Source: Chiloscyllium plagiosum (taxonomy: Eukaryota). From it: 64,000 nucleotides of DNA. How positions within the stretch are numbered: the stretch's first letter is position 1; the number at the start of each line of letters is the position of its first letter. The stretch lies in NCBI RefSeq assembly GCF_004010195.1, contig NC_057718.1, positions 49,253,239-49,317,238 of the forward strand, written 5' to 3'. The notes beneath the pieces were generated by a model. It was not told where the DNA came from and searched no databases. It saw only the letters and a program-made list of their open reading frames with translations. The position numbers and the translations under genes were made by a program. This document shows positions 12,030 to 25,407 of the stretch, piece after piece.

Positions 12030-13472
12030 GAGTGAACCCACAAAAAGTGACTGGCCCAAATGAAGTCCCCAGCCATGCACTCAGAGTCTGCACAGACCAG
12101 CTGGCAGGAGTATTCACAGACATCTTTAACCCCTCCTTACTCCGATCTGAGGTCCCCACCATATCCAAGAAGACAACTATCATCCCGGTGCCAAAGAAAA
12201 ATCATGCAGCGTTTCAATGACTACTGCCCAGTGACTCTGACACCCATCATTATGAAGTGCTTTGACAAGTTAGCAATGACACACATTAACTCCACCCTCC
12301 CAGCTTGCCTAGATTTGCTACAATTTACCTACCTTCACAACAGGTCCATGGCAGATGCCATCTCCCTGGCCCTGCATTCATCCCTGGAAGATCTGGATAA
12401 CAAGCACTCCGATGTCAGACTCCTATTTATTAACTTTAACTCCACTTCAACATGATAATTCCAACAAAGCCCATCTCCAAAGTCTGAGACCTAGGTCTCT
12501 GCTCCCCCCATGCAACTGGATCCTCGACTTTCTGACCTGTAGACCACACTCAGGACAGGTGACAACACCTCCTCACAATAATCCTCAACACTGATGCCCT
12601 GCAAGGCAGTGTATCCAACCCCTTACTATACTCCTTATACACTCATGGCTGTATGGCCAAATTCTGCACTAATTCCATTAAAATATTTTCTGATGACACC
12701 ACCACAGTGGGTTAGATCTTAAACAATGACAAAACAGACTATAGGAAAGAGATTGAGGGCTTAGTGGCATGATGGAAGGTGTCTGCAAAATTAAGGAGCT
12801 GGTTATTGACTTCAGGAAGTGGAGCGGAGGGCATGCCCTGTCTGGATCAAAGGTGCTGAAGTGGAAATAGTCAAGATCTTCAAGTTCTTAGGAGTAAATA
12901 TCACCAACAATCTATCCTAGTCCATCTACACCGATGCTACAGTCTAGAAAGCACACTAACATCTCTCCTTCCTCAGAAGCTAAAGAGATACAGAATATCC
13001 ACAATGACTCTTACCAATTTTTATAGATGCATCAGAAAAGCATTCTATCTGATTGCATCACAGCTTGGTCTGGTTCTGCTCAAGACCGCATGAAATTACA
13101 GAGAGTTGTGAATGCAGCCCAGTCCATCACGTAAACCAGCCTTCCTTCCATTCTATATTTCCAGCTGCCTTGGGACAGCAGCCAACATAATCACCTTGAT
13201 TATATTCTTCCACCCTCTTCCACCAGGCAGAAGACAAAAGTTTGAAAACAGATTCAAGAACAGCTTTGAACCTGCTGTTTTTTGCGCATGTGTCATGTAC
13301 TAGAGTTGACCTTTCCCTGAACCTTCTATGTAGTTTAACACTATATTCTGTTTTCTGTTCTCTTATCCTTCTGTACTCTTGCAAGGTATGACTTGCCTGG
13401 GTAGCAGACAAACCAATGCTTTTCACTGTATCTCAGTACATGCGACAATATTAGATCAAATCAAATCTAATC
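12030..13472 (+). mobile_element. Rex1/Babar LINE, 5'-truncated
   Basis: [48 protein letters not shown]-like RT core near 12690; tail aaatcaaatctaatcaa. Confidence 0.9.
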
Positions 13473-13499
13473 AAGTTCCTCACTCACCGACTCGATCAC

Positions 13500-13945
13500 A
13501 TCTTCCACTCATTGAGGGTCTGGAGATCAGGAAGGCATTGCCAGTCTGGACTTTGTTCTTCTTGTTTTGTGCCAACTTGTCCTGTAATGAGAGAAAGGGA
13601 AGGCTTGAGTGTGATGGGAATGTGTACACAAGCACTTGATGAGTGAGAAGCACAGTGCCCAGGAAGTGTTAGGAGATATGCAGCATTAGGGGAGTGAGAG
13701 CCCGTCAGAGCACACCATGTATCTGATGGTAAGGTCAACAGACCTATGTAAAATGGCTGTACAATGACACAGGTAGTCTGAATGATGGCACTGTCAGCGT
13801 GAGATTGTAATGAGAAGATGGTGGTACTTATCCTTATGTCACACAAGAGATCACCCATCCACTTTGTCACTGGGTCCTGCTTTTTTATTCTTGTTTGAGG
13901 CATTGACCTCCTGTTTGAACAGCTACCCAGTTCTGATGGGAGGCC
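13500..13945 (-). mobile_element. PIF/Harbinger-like Myb/SANT gene relic (two exons)
   Basis: Acceptor ctctcattacag followed by DKLAQNKKNKVQTGNA; upstream exon EVNA...MGDLLCDIR ends at a donor-like site; resembles the 41090-41700 relic. Confidence 0.45.
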
Positions 13946-13949
13946 TTCT

Positions 13950-14003
13950 TTTGTCTGGATGCTGCCTGACCTGCTGTGCTGTTCCAGCAATAAAGTTTCA
14001 ACT
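13950..14003 (+). mobile_element. Penelope-like terminal fragment (family A)
   Basis: ggatgctgcctgacctgctgtgctgttccagcaa matches the family A arms. Confidence 0.65.
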
Positions 14004-14084
14004 TCTTTTGTCTGTCAGCCTACAAATGATACTAGTAATGTGGGGGATGGCATTAGGCAGGAAATTAGAGATGCAGTAATCATG

Positions 14085-17000
14085 GGTGAACTTGGATTTT
14101 CAGAAAGCTTTTGATAAAATGTTATTGTTCAAAATCAAAGAATATAGATTGGTGGTAATGCATTAGAATGGATTGAGAATTCATTTAAAGAAAAAAAAGC
14201 ATTAAAAGAAGTTGAAACTCTTGTCAAGAGGAAGAAGAAGGGTTTTGTGAGGATGAGGTGTGAAGGCTCAGCTAAAGGGCTTGAGAGTTTTAGGATAGCC
14301 AGAAAAGATCAAAAGAGAGGGCTAAGAAGAGCCAGAAGGGGATATGTGAAGTCGTTGGCAGATAGGATCAAGGAAAATCCTAAGACTTTTCTGTATGTAT
14401 ATCAGGAATAAAAGAATGACTAGAGTATGATAAGGGCCAGTCAAAGATAATAGTGGGAAGTGTGGAACTTGAGGACATAGGGAAGTGTTTAATGAATACT
14501 TTTTGTCAGTATTCACATTGAACAAGGACAATGTTAGTGAGAATACAGAGGTACAGGCTACAAGATTAGATGGAATTGAGGTTGACAAAGAGGAGGTTTT
14601 AGCAACTTTTGAAGATCTGAAAATAGATAAGACCCCTGGGACAGATGGAATTTATCCTCATGTTCTCTGGAAAGGCAGGGAAGAGATTGCAGAGTCTTTG
14701 GCTTTGACCTTTATGTCATCATTGTCGACAGGAGTAGTGCCAGAAGACTGGAGGATAGCAAAGGTTGTTCCCTTGTTAAAGAAGGGGAGTCAAGGCAATC
14801 CTGGTAATTATAGGCCAGTGAGTCTTACTTCACTTGTGGGTAAGGTTTTGGAAAAGGTTATAAGAAATAGGATTCATAATCATCTGGAAAGGAATAATTT
14901 GATTAGGGATATTCAACTTGGTTTTGTGAAAGATGGGTCATGCCTCACTAACCTTACTGAGTTCTTCAAGAAGGTTGCAAAACAGGTGGATGAAGGTAAG
15001 GTAGTTGATGAGGCGTACATGGACTACAGTAAGGCGTTTGATAAATTTCCACATGGTAGGCTATTGCACAAAATATGGAGTTTCGGGATTGAAGGTGATT
15101 GCGCAGTTTGGATCAGAAATTGGCCAGCTGAAAGAAGACAGAGGGTGGTGGTTGATGGGAAATATTCATCATTTCTCATTTACCAGTGGTGTGCCGTTTG
15201 GGGCCACTGCTGTTTGTCATTTTTATAAATGATCTGGATATGGGTGGAGAAAGATGGGTTAGTAAATTTGCGGATGACACTAAGGTAGGCAGAGCTGTGG
15301 ATAGTGCTGAAGGATGTTGTGGGTTACAGAGGGACATAGATAAGGTGAAGAGCTGGGCTGAGAAGTGGCAAATGGAGTTTAATGCAGAAAAGTGTGAGGT
15401 AGTTCACTTTGGAAGAAGTAACAGGAATGCAGAGTACTGGGCTAATGGTAAAATTCTTGGCAGTGTAGATGAACAGAGAGGTTTCGGTATCCAGGTGCAT
15501 AAATCTCTGAAAGTTGCCACCTAGGTTGATAGGTTTGTTAAGAACGCATACAGTGTATAGACGTTTATTGTTAGGGAGATTGGGTTTTGGAGCCACTCAA
15601 TCTGTACAAAACACTGGGAAGGCCACACTTGGAGTATTGTGTACAGTTCTGGTCACCGCATTACAGGAAGGATGTGGAAGCTTTGGAAAGGGTTCAGAAG
15701 AGATTTACTAGGATGGTACTTGGTATGGAAGGAAGGTCTTATGAGGAAAGGCTGAGGAACTTGAGGCTGTTTTCATTGGAGAGAAGAAGGTTAAGAGGTG
15801 ATTTAATTGAGACATATAAGAGAATCAGAGAGTTAGATAGGGTGGACAGTGAGAGCCCTTTTCCTCGGATGGTGAAGACTAACATGAGGCGACATAGCTT
15901 TAAATTGAGAGGTGATTGATTTAGGACAGATATCAGGGGTAGTTTCTTTACTCAGAGGACAGTAAGGGCATGGAACGGCCAGCCTGCAGCAGTAATAGAT
16001 TTGCTGACGTTAAGGGCATTTAAATGGGCATTGGACATACATATGGATAATAATGGTGTAGGTTAGATGGGCATCAGATAAATTTCACAAGTCAGCACAA
16101 CATCGAGGGCCAAAGGACCTGTACTGTGCTGTAACGTTCTATGTTCTATGTAAAATCAAAGAGTAGGAATAAATGGGTTGTTTTTGGAGTGGAAGGCAGT
16201 AACACATGGGATTACATAAGGATCAGTTATTCACAACATATATCAACAATTTAGAATGCAATACTGTATTTACAAATCTGCTGATAATACAAAAGCAATT
16301 GAGAGTGTGAGTGGTAAGGAGTACATAATGAGAGTGAGTTTGACAAGTTGAATGAATGGTATGGCAGATACAGAATAACATGGATACATATGAAGTGACC
16401 CAATTTGGTAGGAAAAGTGGAATGGCAGAATATTACTTAAATGGTGGTAGTTTGGGACAGCTTGATTTAAAAAGGGATCTGGGTGTCTTTGAGTATTGGT
16501 CACAAAAAGCACGTAGCAAACTGTTCAGACTGCAAATTGTATGCTGCAATTCATTGAAAAGCGGTTTAAGAACAGGAGCAAGGAAGTCTTACTACAGCTC
16601 GACAGGGCCTTGGTGAGTCCACATCTGTTATATTGTGTGCAGGTATGGTCAGTTTACCAGAGAAAAATTTATACTTACAATAAAAAGCATGCAGCAAAGT
16701 TTCACTCGACTAATTCTTGGATAGATGTTTTGCTGTTGAAGGAGAGATTAGCCGACTGAGCCTGTACTCATGTGAGTTTAGAAAAATAAGAGGAGTTTTC
16801 ACTGAAATATATAAAATATTGATAGGGCTAGACAGACTGGATCCAGGGGTGAAGCCTTCTGCAGTTGAGGTCCACAATAAAGGCTTACAGTCTCAGGCGG
16901 TGTCACAGATTGACATGAGGAGAAATTTCTTCACTCAGATGGTTATGAACCTGTGGAATTCTGTACTACAGAGGTCTGTGGAAGCAAATTTATTGAACGT

Positions 17001-17165
17001 AATTAAGAAAGAAATAAATAGATTCCACAAATAAAGTGTCAAGAGGTAAGTGAAGAGAGTGAGTGTATGGTACTGAAGTGGTGGATCAGCCATGATTGTG
17101 TTGAACGATGGAGTGGGCTTGCTGAGCTGAATGGCTAACCCCTGCTTTTATGTTGCTATGTTTCT
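14085..17165 (+). mobile_element. Old CR1 LINE (14085-14190 and 16152-17165) split by a younger CR1
   Basis: LDFQKAFDK before the insertion, QRVGING after it; ...ALVSPHLLYCVQVWS, RRNFFTQMVMNLWNS; 3'UTR ends ~17165. Confidence 0.75.
14220..16150 (+). mobile_element. CR1 LINE ORF2 (RT) 3' ~1.9 kb, frameshifted
   Basis: PGTDGIYP, PEDWRIAKVVPLLKKG..NPGNYRPVSLTS, YMDYSKAFDK, SKFADDTK, LYKTLGRPHLEYCVQFWSP; tail (ttctatg)n. Confidence 0.95.
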
Positions 17166-17454
17166 GTGACAGCAGGATCAATGATCTAAGGCAGGTTTTC
17201 TACTGGCCTGACTTCTCACCCAAACTCCTCCATCACTCCACCATTGCTTACAAACTGCACCTAAACCCTGCATGAAAATAAACTAATCCTGGAAAAAGTC
17301 AGTTGTGAGTCATAGTTACATTTTGAATGTCAGGACAAGGTCCAACTGTCTTTTCACACCCTCAGCATGAAAATCAAGCCAACAAGCGCAGCTTAAAGCA
17401 TGCTTACTCCAGGCAATAATCGAATCCCTTCTCCCTGTTTTGCCAGTCTTCCAG

Positions 17455-18015
17455 TGTCATACAGTCAGAGTCATAGAGATGTACAGCACTGAAACAGTCC
17501 CTTCGGTCCAACTCATCCATGCCAACCAGATATCCCAGCCTAATCTGGTCCTATTTTTCAGCACTTGGCCCATATCCCTCTAAACCCTTCCTATTCATAT
17601 ACCCATCTAGATGCCTTTTATATGTTCTAATTGTACCAATCTCCAACAATTCCTCTGTCAGCTCGTTCCATACACACACTACCCTCTGCATGAAAAGGTT
17701 GCCCCTTAGGTGCCTTTTAAATGTTTCCCCTCTCCCTCTAAACCTATGCCCTCTAGTTATGGACTTCCTCATCACAGGAAAAAGACCTTGTCTATTTACC
17801 TTGTCTATGCTCCTCATGATTTTATGAACCTCTATAAGGTCACCTCTCAGTCTCCAACGCTCCAGGGAAAACAGCCCCAGGCTATTCAGCCTCTCCCTGT
17901 AGCTCAAATCCTCCAACCCCAGAACATCCTTGTAAATCTTTTTTGAACCCTTTCAAGTTTCACAACATCCTTCCCATAAGAGGGAGAGTAGAATTGCATA
18001 CAATATTCCAAAAGG
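17455..18015 (-). mobile_element. CR1 LINE 3' fragment
   Basis: LSYRERLNSLGLFSLERWRLRGDLIEVHKIM...; same subfamily as 8600, 29190 and 47585. Confidence 0.9.
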
Positions 18016-18894
18016 GAGTCCTTTTAATAAAGTCCTCTTCACTCAACTCTTTCAGCATTACCAAAAGGCCTCCCCATTCTCAGGCTTCCTTTTGTAATTC
18101 TGTGGTCTCCAATTCTTTATAATCCACTTGTTCTCAAATGTGGATTTCATTCTTACAAATCCTTCCTTTGGTAAATACTTTGATAGCAGGCCTGTTTTTC
18201 TGCTTGGCATTGCACAACCTGTAGAAATATCCTGCCACCAGCCTGACAGGGTGAGGAGGGCACTTTTTCAATGGAGCGATGAATGTGAAGGGAATTCAAA
18301 ATGAGACACCCTCTCAGAAAGTGCAAATTGTAACTGCAGCTGCTGCAGTACACGTTATGGAGGGTCTCCCCCTTCTACAGGCCTACCTGTGCCAGAAACA
18401 ACTCCGGGTAGGTGTTTAAAATAGGGCTGCTTTGTTGTCCCCGGCAATCTTTCAGGGTGCTACCTCCAGGGACATGCTGAGCTTCCCACATTTGGCCTAT
18501 CTGCTGCCAGGAAGATCTCAGCGGCACTTCTAATTTGTCCCTCATTGGCCAGGTTATTGCTTTCTGTTGGACAGTTATCTGTTGTTCTTGCTCAGAAATG
18601 ATCATTCAATCTGATGTGCCAACCTCAAAATGCTCCCACAACCTGCCACCAAAGTTACCTATAGTGCAGCTGGTCAGACTCCACCCTTCATGGCTAAATA
18701 CACCTTTACAATCATTGGCAATGCCATCCTCACCTGCAGGTCTCTTGAGAAGAAGTGGCATTTTCATTGACCAATTGATTTGTGATATGGCAACAATGCT
18801 CCAATGTGTACTGTTTTCCAGGTTTAATTCAAAGGATACCTAGACATTGAAATCCTTGATGGATATGTACATTGCTGAGAGTCCTTCTCCATGT

Positions 18895-19243
18895 GGGGAG
18901 ATGTTGACCTAGTGGTAATATTGCGAAACAATTAAACCAGAGACCCACATAATATTCTGGGACTTATGTGTGGATCCCACCACGGCAGACTGTGAAGTTT
19001 GAATTCGATAAAAATCTGGAATTAAGTATTTAATGATAACCCTGAAAACATTACTGATTGTCAAAAAAACTTATCTAGCTCACTAATGTACTTTACAGAA
19101 GGAAACTGCTGTCCTTACCCGGTCTGGCCTACATGTGACTCCAGACCCACTGCAATGTGGTTGACCCAGAGGGCAGTTAGGGATGGGTAATAAATGTTGG
19201 TTTAGCCAGTGTTGCCCACATCTCACAAACAAATAAAATAAAA
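18895..19243 (+). mobile_element. tRNA-headed SINE (~350 bp family)
   Basis: A box tgacctagtgg, decayed B box, body ggtctggcctacatgtgactccagacc, tail gggcagttagggatgggtaataaatg..., A-rich end. Confidence 0.85.
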
Positions 19244-20289
19244 CTCTGCCTTCCTCTTCAAACAATTTGTCCTTCTCTGTTTCATTTCAGTTCATTTTCC
19301 CTGCTAAACTAACATGTCAGAAACTACATCACCAATGAGTGAGAGGAAATGATCTAAGCAAAACTCTTGAAGTAAGACCCAAGCCCTTTGCCATTGACTC
19401 ACCACTCATTTTGGCCTTCATCCACCTTAAATTACAATGCAATTAAGGGAAACCTTCTGTTTTAATTTGCTGATTAACTTTAATTGTTTGTGTGGTGGAG
19501 TACATGTTGTCATCGTGCTTACAATTCATTGTATAAAATACAAAAGTGTGATCAATAGCAAAAATAAATATTTTGCTCTATCTAGTATTGGATAGTAACA
19601 TTATTGTGGGAAGTGCACTACTATATAGCTGCACTTATTGATTTGTAAATCCTCTTGAGTGCATTTGTTGTAACACAGAATAATTATTTAGCAATTTAAT
19701 ATTACCCTATCATGGCATGCAGTACATAACTATGAGATGACTGTCATTCTTGAAGCTTACCTCAGCAACTTTAACCTAATTTTTAATGATCTGTGCTGTT
19801 TCTGCGCTTAGCTTTTCATTTATTCTCTGTCTTCTGCTATCATCACCAATCATTGAGATTTCTTTCACTCATTAGATAGTGTTTCTTATTTACTGATCTG
19901 ACTCTCAATCCAAGACACTCTATCCCATCATTTTGTTTTTACAAACAACTTGCTATTGCATTATGCTTTAAAATTTTACCCAACAATCCTTTTTTGGAAA
20001 CATTTTACATGAATATTTTCAGATCAACAAATCAAAACATGCTTTTATTTGTGATGGACCTCATGCATTTTAGTGCAGCTGATAACACGTTTGTACATCA
20101 ATATACACACACTCCTATCTAAACCATAGATTTCCATGTACTCTTTCATAGTTGATTGACCTTTATTGACTTTCCATGGGGCCGTATGCCATTTAGAACA
20201 TCCCTGCTGTGCACAGTTATGGACCAATTAATTCAACCTTTTTACAATGTATGGCATTACTTATGACAAACAGTGTGTTTTATTTAATA

Positions 20290-20680
20290 AAAACATAGAA
20301 AAGAAATAGAAGAGTTGGCTGTTTGATCCATTGAGTCTATTCCACCTGTCAGTAAGATCATGGGTGACCTTCAATCTCAACTGCAGTTTTTCAAACTGTT
20401 CCCAAATCCCTTCATGCTCCAGAATATATTGATCTCTGTGTTGAATATGTTCAGTGAGGTAGTGTCCACAGTTCTCAAGGGTAGAGAATTACAAAGATTC
20501 GTAAGCTTTTGAGTGAATTGATTTCTTTTCATCTCATCTTTAATTGTCAACTCCTTTCTCTGATTTATAGCTCATACTACCCAATTAGGGGATGTATCTT
20601 TCCAGTATTTACCCTGGCAGGTTCCTTAGGAGTTATTTAGATTTCAGCTTGATTACCTCTCGTTCTTCTAAATTCTGGGG
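20290..20680 (-). mobile_element. Old CR1 3' fragment
   Basis: Reverse complement resembles a CR1 3'UTR/ORF end (ggtagagaattacaaagattc; agattacctctcgttcttctaaattc). Confidence 0.6.
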
Positions 20681-21399
20681 AATTTAAAGCTCGTATTTAT
20701 AATGAAAGGAGTATTTATTAGATTCATTTACTTCAGAATTATAATTGTAATATATTAAACAATATATGTATTTGAAAATTAAAGTTATGATTAAAGTTTT
20801 TATTTTAAGAAATGGTAAACATATTGTTACTGATCTGCACTTCATCAAAAGTGACATATATTGCTATGTAAATAAACGTTTTCCATTTTTCTTCAGCTCT
20901 TCCCATGCTATCAATCTTCTGTAGCTGAATGGCTTGCTCATATCATCCCAACCGACTGCTGTGAAATGGCTGGGTTTAGCCCTGCATTGTTTCTTTGCTT
21001 CTCTCTTTCTTGCTCTATCAAAATCACCAACATCTGTTCAGTATCTTTGCAGATTATTGTGTTTTGTATTTTTTATGAAATTATAGATATGAATCAGATT
21101 CTTAATGTGCTATTGTGTTCACGACACTTACTAAGATTAAAAGTGTTTGTTCAACAGAGTCCTGCTCCCTTTTCCCATATTTAGAAAAGTTCATGTATAT
21201 TAATGAATAATTTTGAGTTTCTTGAATATGGCTCAAAATTGATATGGGTTATACCAAAATAAGAACAGCTCATTAACATTGCTGATTGGATGAAAGAGAG
21301 GAATACAAACTGCACATAAACTGCCTTTCTTCATTGACTTACCTATTACCAAATTAAAATGAAAACTAAACTAAGGTCTGTTATATTTATATTTTAATG

Positions 21400-22150
21400 T
21401 CATTTGGTATGCCGATTTTGTCCAAACCTTTGGTCTTTCACTCATCAGGAGGACATTTCATAAACAATACAAAGTAAACAGAAAATCATGTGTATGCCAT
21501 TTCAGAGGAAAGTCCAGATTGATTTGCAAGTGGGTTCTGATTGGTGCAGATATTGCTATGGAGAAAGCACCAGTTAATGATGACTGACAATTAACTGCTA
21601 AGATTTGTTTCTACTTAAAAAATGCTGGATCAATCAATGCTCTGATTGATCAAAGACATTATGCTAAGAACTGAACCAGTGAATCAGTGTCATTATTTTG
21701 TTGCAGTGAAACAGGTGAAGTGTGTGTATGTTTTCTTTCAGTCTGCAAAGAACAGAGCCCTTTATATTAAAAATGCATATGTAATTCAGATGTATTAATA
21801 AATGTACATATTCCAAATTATATTGCATGCCCAATTAACAATGCTAAATTGGTTGTCAGCATAATTCTTCACACACTCAGGATTACATAGCAAATGTTGT
21901 CCAATTGTAGAATCTCATCTAATGCTAGACATTGGGCCATTAGCTCTATAAGCTTAACATGGTTCAGTACGGTCAGTAGCTTGCTCACTGTGAACAGTTG
22001 AATGGATATGCTGTTGGATGTGTTCTACCTGTTCCTGGGACTTATAGCCTACTTGTCTAGCATCACACTGGCACTGAAATTCATATACCACATTACTCAC
22101 TTGCATTATAGGCAAAACATAGTTTGCCTTGAGGGCAGCAGTTGTTCATG
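21400..22150 (-). mobile_element. Old Penelope-like element 3' part (family E), with decayed hammerhead at 21420-21452
   Basis: Reverse-complement homologue of 33400-33950; minus strand tcc-CTGATGA-GT-GAAAG-AC-CAAA-GGTTT-GGA. Confidence 0.6.
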
Positions 22151-25012
22151 GCAACATTAGTTGTGTTGCTACTCCATAGTAGCAGTGTGAGGCACTTAGC
22201 CTTTCCTTTACTTTCACATTTCTTATGAGTTATCCTGAAACAAAAAAGCTTGAACAAAATGTAATTTCTTTGGCCTTTTGTACCAATTTCTCCTTAATAG
22301 TTTATAATATATTTGGAAAGCAATGAGGATAAGTGAACATTACCAGAGTCTTTCAATAATGCAATTTTTTGCACAAATGTAATTGCACATTTTATTCTTT
22401 TTAAACTGGTTTTCAGTTAATACACATTTTGGAAATAATTCTATTTTATTCTACCATGCATATGCATTGTTGCTCTAATTAGAGTAAACTGTTTGCCTGT
22501 AAAGTCCAAGTTAGGTCCATATTTTATTAAATTTATAGAGCATCTGAATTGCATCTTTAAGAATCTTAACTTCAATACATTTATAACTTTTAATCAATAC
22601 ATCATCTAACTTTCAATAAAAGGGGATTGAAGACTAAGTGAATTAATTTGAATTAATCCAGTTTACTTACATTGGTCATCTTTTTCAAGGCTGTGAAATT
22701 TGTTTTAACACTACATTAGTGCAGACATTCAGTTGACACTGTGATTTTTAAAAATCAAGTCCTTTATGTGAACATTTGACAATCACTTCAGTGGAAATGT
22801 TTACCATCCATTTTGATAATATTACTGTACTCAGAGGAGAAGCCTCTAGAGAAGGCCAAAGTAGCACATGGTAGCAGGGCGTCTTCTGCTGGTGTGTTTT
22901 GCAGCAGGGGTACTTGCACAGTTCCCCAGCAGCTTGCCTGCCGCACTACTCCTCCCCACTAAAACCTGTCCACAATTTTAATGTGGGAGAGAAGGAGACT
23001 TTGCACTGCTTGTCCACTTCTACCCCATTGAGATCAATTGCCCGCACTTAAGATCAATTATTGACCATTGAAAAGTTGCTACCTATCTTGTAGCAATTTC
23101 GCGCAAACCCCCCTCTCCTACCACCTCCAGACTCCCATCCGGTCCACACTTCCAGACCCCTACAAATACTGGCCCTATGAGCTCTGGTACACAGACTCGT
23201 GGAAGTACATGTACTCCTAGCATTAGCTGCCTTTGCCAGTTGTGTGGCTGGGTAATTGACCCACAGCTCTGAAAAAGAAAACTGAAGGATAGAAGGCCCA
23301 TCTCTTGTCAATTCACAATCCTTGCAGAATTAAATGGCTGGGGCAACAACCAGTGTAGATGGGAATTTGTTGTCTGCCATCAGGCCATCTGAAAAATCTT
23401 ACGCAATAGAACTGGTTGGGCCAAATCTGAAATCAAAGACAATTAAACCCCTTACCTTCCACTCCGCCTAATAGATGTAAAATATTACAATAAATTCTTT
23501 ACTATAACTGATAGTAATCCAAACTGTCAGCCTAGATCTCCATTTTGTACAGCTCTGCTGGTCCTATTTCAACAGAGCTGATTGTGATGAAATTGTGTAA
23601 GTACATTATCAAGATAATTTAAAATACTGCTACTGATTACAGGCAACAGCATTGATTTAGGTAGGATTCAAATTATATTTTACAAATTACTGCCACAAGG
23701 TCCAACTTGGTATACTGTCAAATTTTAAAGGTTCTTTTATTAGAACAGTTTCATCCGTCAAAGTAAAATTGATTTTGCTTAAATTTTCATTGTAATTTAA
23801 CTTTTAAGATTTGAGGCCACAGTAATCTTCAATGGAATGAGACAGACTCGATCTGCTCATGATCTAAATGTTAAAATTAAACATTAATAATTTACTTTAG
23901 AAATTAGAACAAATGTTGTTTACTGCATGACAGGAATTATTTGAATCTGTTGGGCTCTGGTTATAAAGTAAAACACTTGTTCCAGAATTGTTTTCAGTGA
24001 AACTAATTTCATTTGGTCTCCATTTCTTTGGTCTCCTGACTTGGGACTTCACATTTACACAGAGAATTGGCAGTAAGGGGCACTGTAGGAGGGGGGTTAG
24101 GTAGTTAATGAGGCAGGTTTGGTAAGATATTGTGAAAAGTATGACTGGACCTTGCAAACAGAAATGCTTCATGAAACTTGGTGAAACCAACACAGCCAAA
24201 AAAGGCATAAGATGCAGTCCATCACTTATTAAGAGAAGTCACTGTCAGGAATACTGCTTGGTAAAGTATTTTCTTTCAGAAATTCAGAATCATTACATGA
24301 GCCCTGTTACTTCTTTTGGTGATGTTAGGACAAAAATATCATGCAGCATTTCAGTCTCTTGTTTCTCTCTGAGCTGCGACACAGTGATAGCAATCATGTC
24401 GAAATATGGTTTGAAACATTTTTATTTCATTTTGCACTTTTCATTATAACTGGCAGAAGAATTTTCACATCAGAATACGAATCTTTGTACTCCCAATCAT
24501 TGTTGAAAGTTTTATGTTATTAGTAAACGACTATGGGTAGAATCTCCTAGAGGTCTGAGCGACATGGCTGATAAGGAAACGTGCGATATGTACACATGGC
24601 ACATTGTGAAGTTAAGGTCATCTCACTTTGTCATTTACGCTTTCCACAAACTGAACTCCACACTAATATTCTGACATAGGGTTCAAATCCCTGGTGACCA
24701 TGTAACTATTGTTGATAGCGTTAAAAAAAAAACCCATGTGAAATTTGCAATTCTTCCCTGGGTTTGACCTCCATGTGACTCCAAATGCACGGCAATGTGG
24801 TTGATTCTTAAGTGCCCTCCTAAAAGGCTTAAGAAGCCATGTCATATTGCTAAAAAGTCTAAAGACAGGAATGAAACCAAACGAAATCGTAAACAAGTTA
24901 TGCATCAAAAACAGCAACAACACAGAGCACTGTGGACACTGCAAATTCCTCCATACCAAGATCTAGGGGCTTGTGCCAAAACTGGGAGAACTGTCTGATA
25001 GACTTATCAAGC

Positions 25013-25391
25013 TCAAGGTTTGTGTGAAGATTTGTAGCTCGGATGCCAGTTACCATAGTTGTGGGTGTATTCGCTGAGCTGTGATGTTGATTTATAGAAG
25101 TTTTGTCCCCTGTCTAGGTGATATCTTCAGTGTTTTGGAGCCTCCTGTGAAGCACTGCTGCATTGTGTCTTCTGGAATTTATTTGATTCTGTTTCTCCTG
25201 CTTCGGATTGCCAGTTCGATTGTTCATTGTAGTGGCTGGTATATTGGGTCTAGGTCTATGTGTTTGTTGATGAAGTCCATGGATGAGTACCATGCTTCTA
25301 GAAATTCTAGAAATCCACAAACTCCATCAGCAGGGGACGAAACATCTACAAATCAACTTCTCAACTCAGCAAATATACCCACAACTATGGC
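25013..25391 (-). mobile_element. Penelope-like (Poseidon-type) 3' fragment with inverted terminal copy (family D)
   Basis: Minus strand encodes GIY-YIG C-terminus EFLEAWYSSMDFINKHIDLDPIYQPLQ*; inverted arms ~25052-25112 and 25331-25390; imperfect TSD agacttatcaagc / agatttagcaagc. Confidence 0.8.
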
Positions 25392-25407
25392 AGATTTAGC
25401 AAGCAAC

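Noticed and set aside
14485..15919. Reverse transcriptase as a functional gene
   Set aside because: Split by frameshifts and stops, 5'-truncated, with a CR1 tail; a dead LINE copy.
20897..20973. Possible host exon (ttttcttcag, open frame LFPCYQSSVAEWLAHIIPTDCCEMAG)
   Set aside because: Weak donor (gtttag), unrecognised peptide, and no partner exons found.
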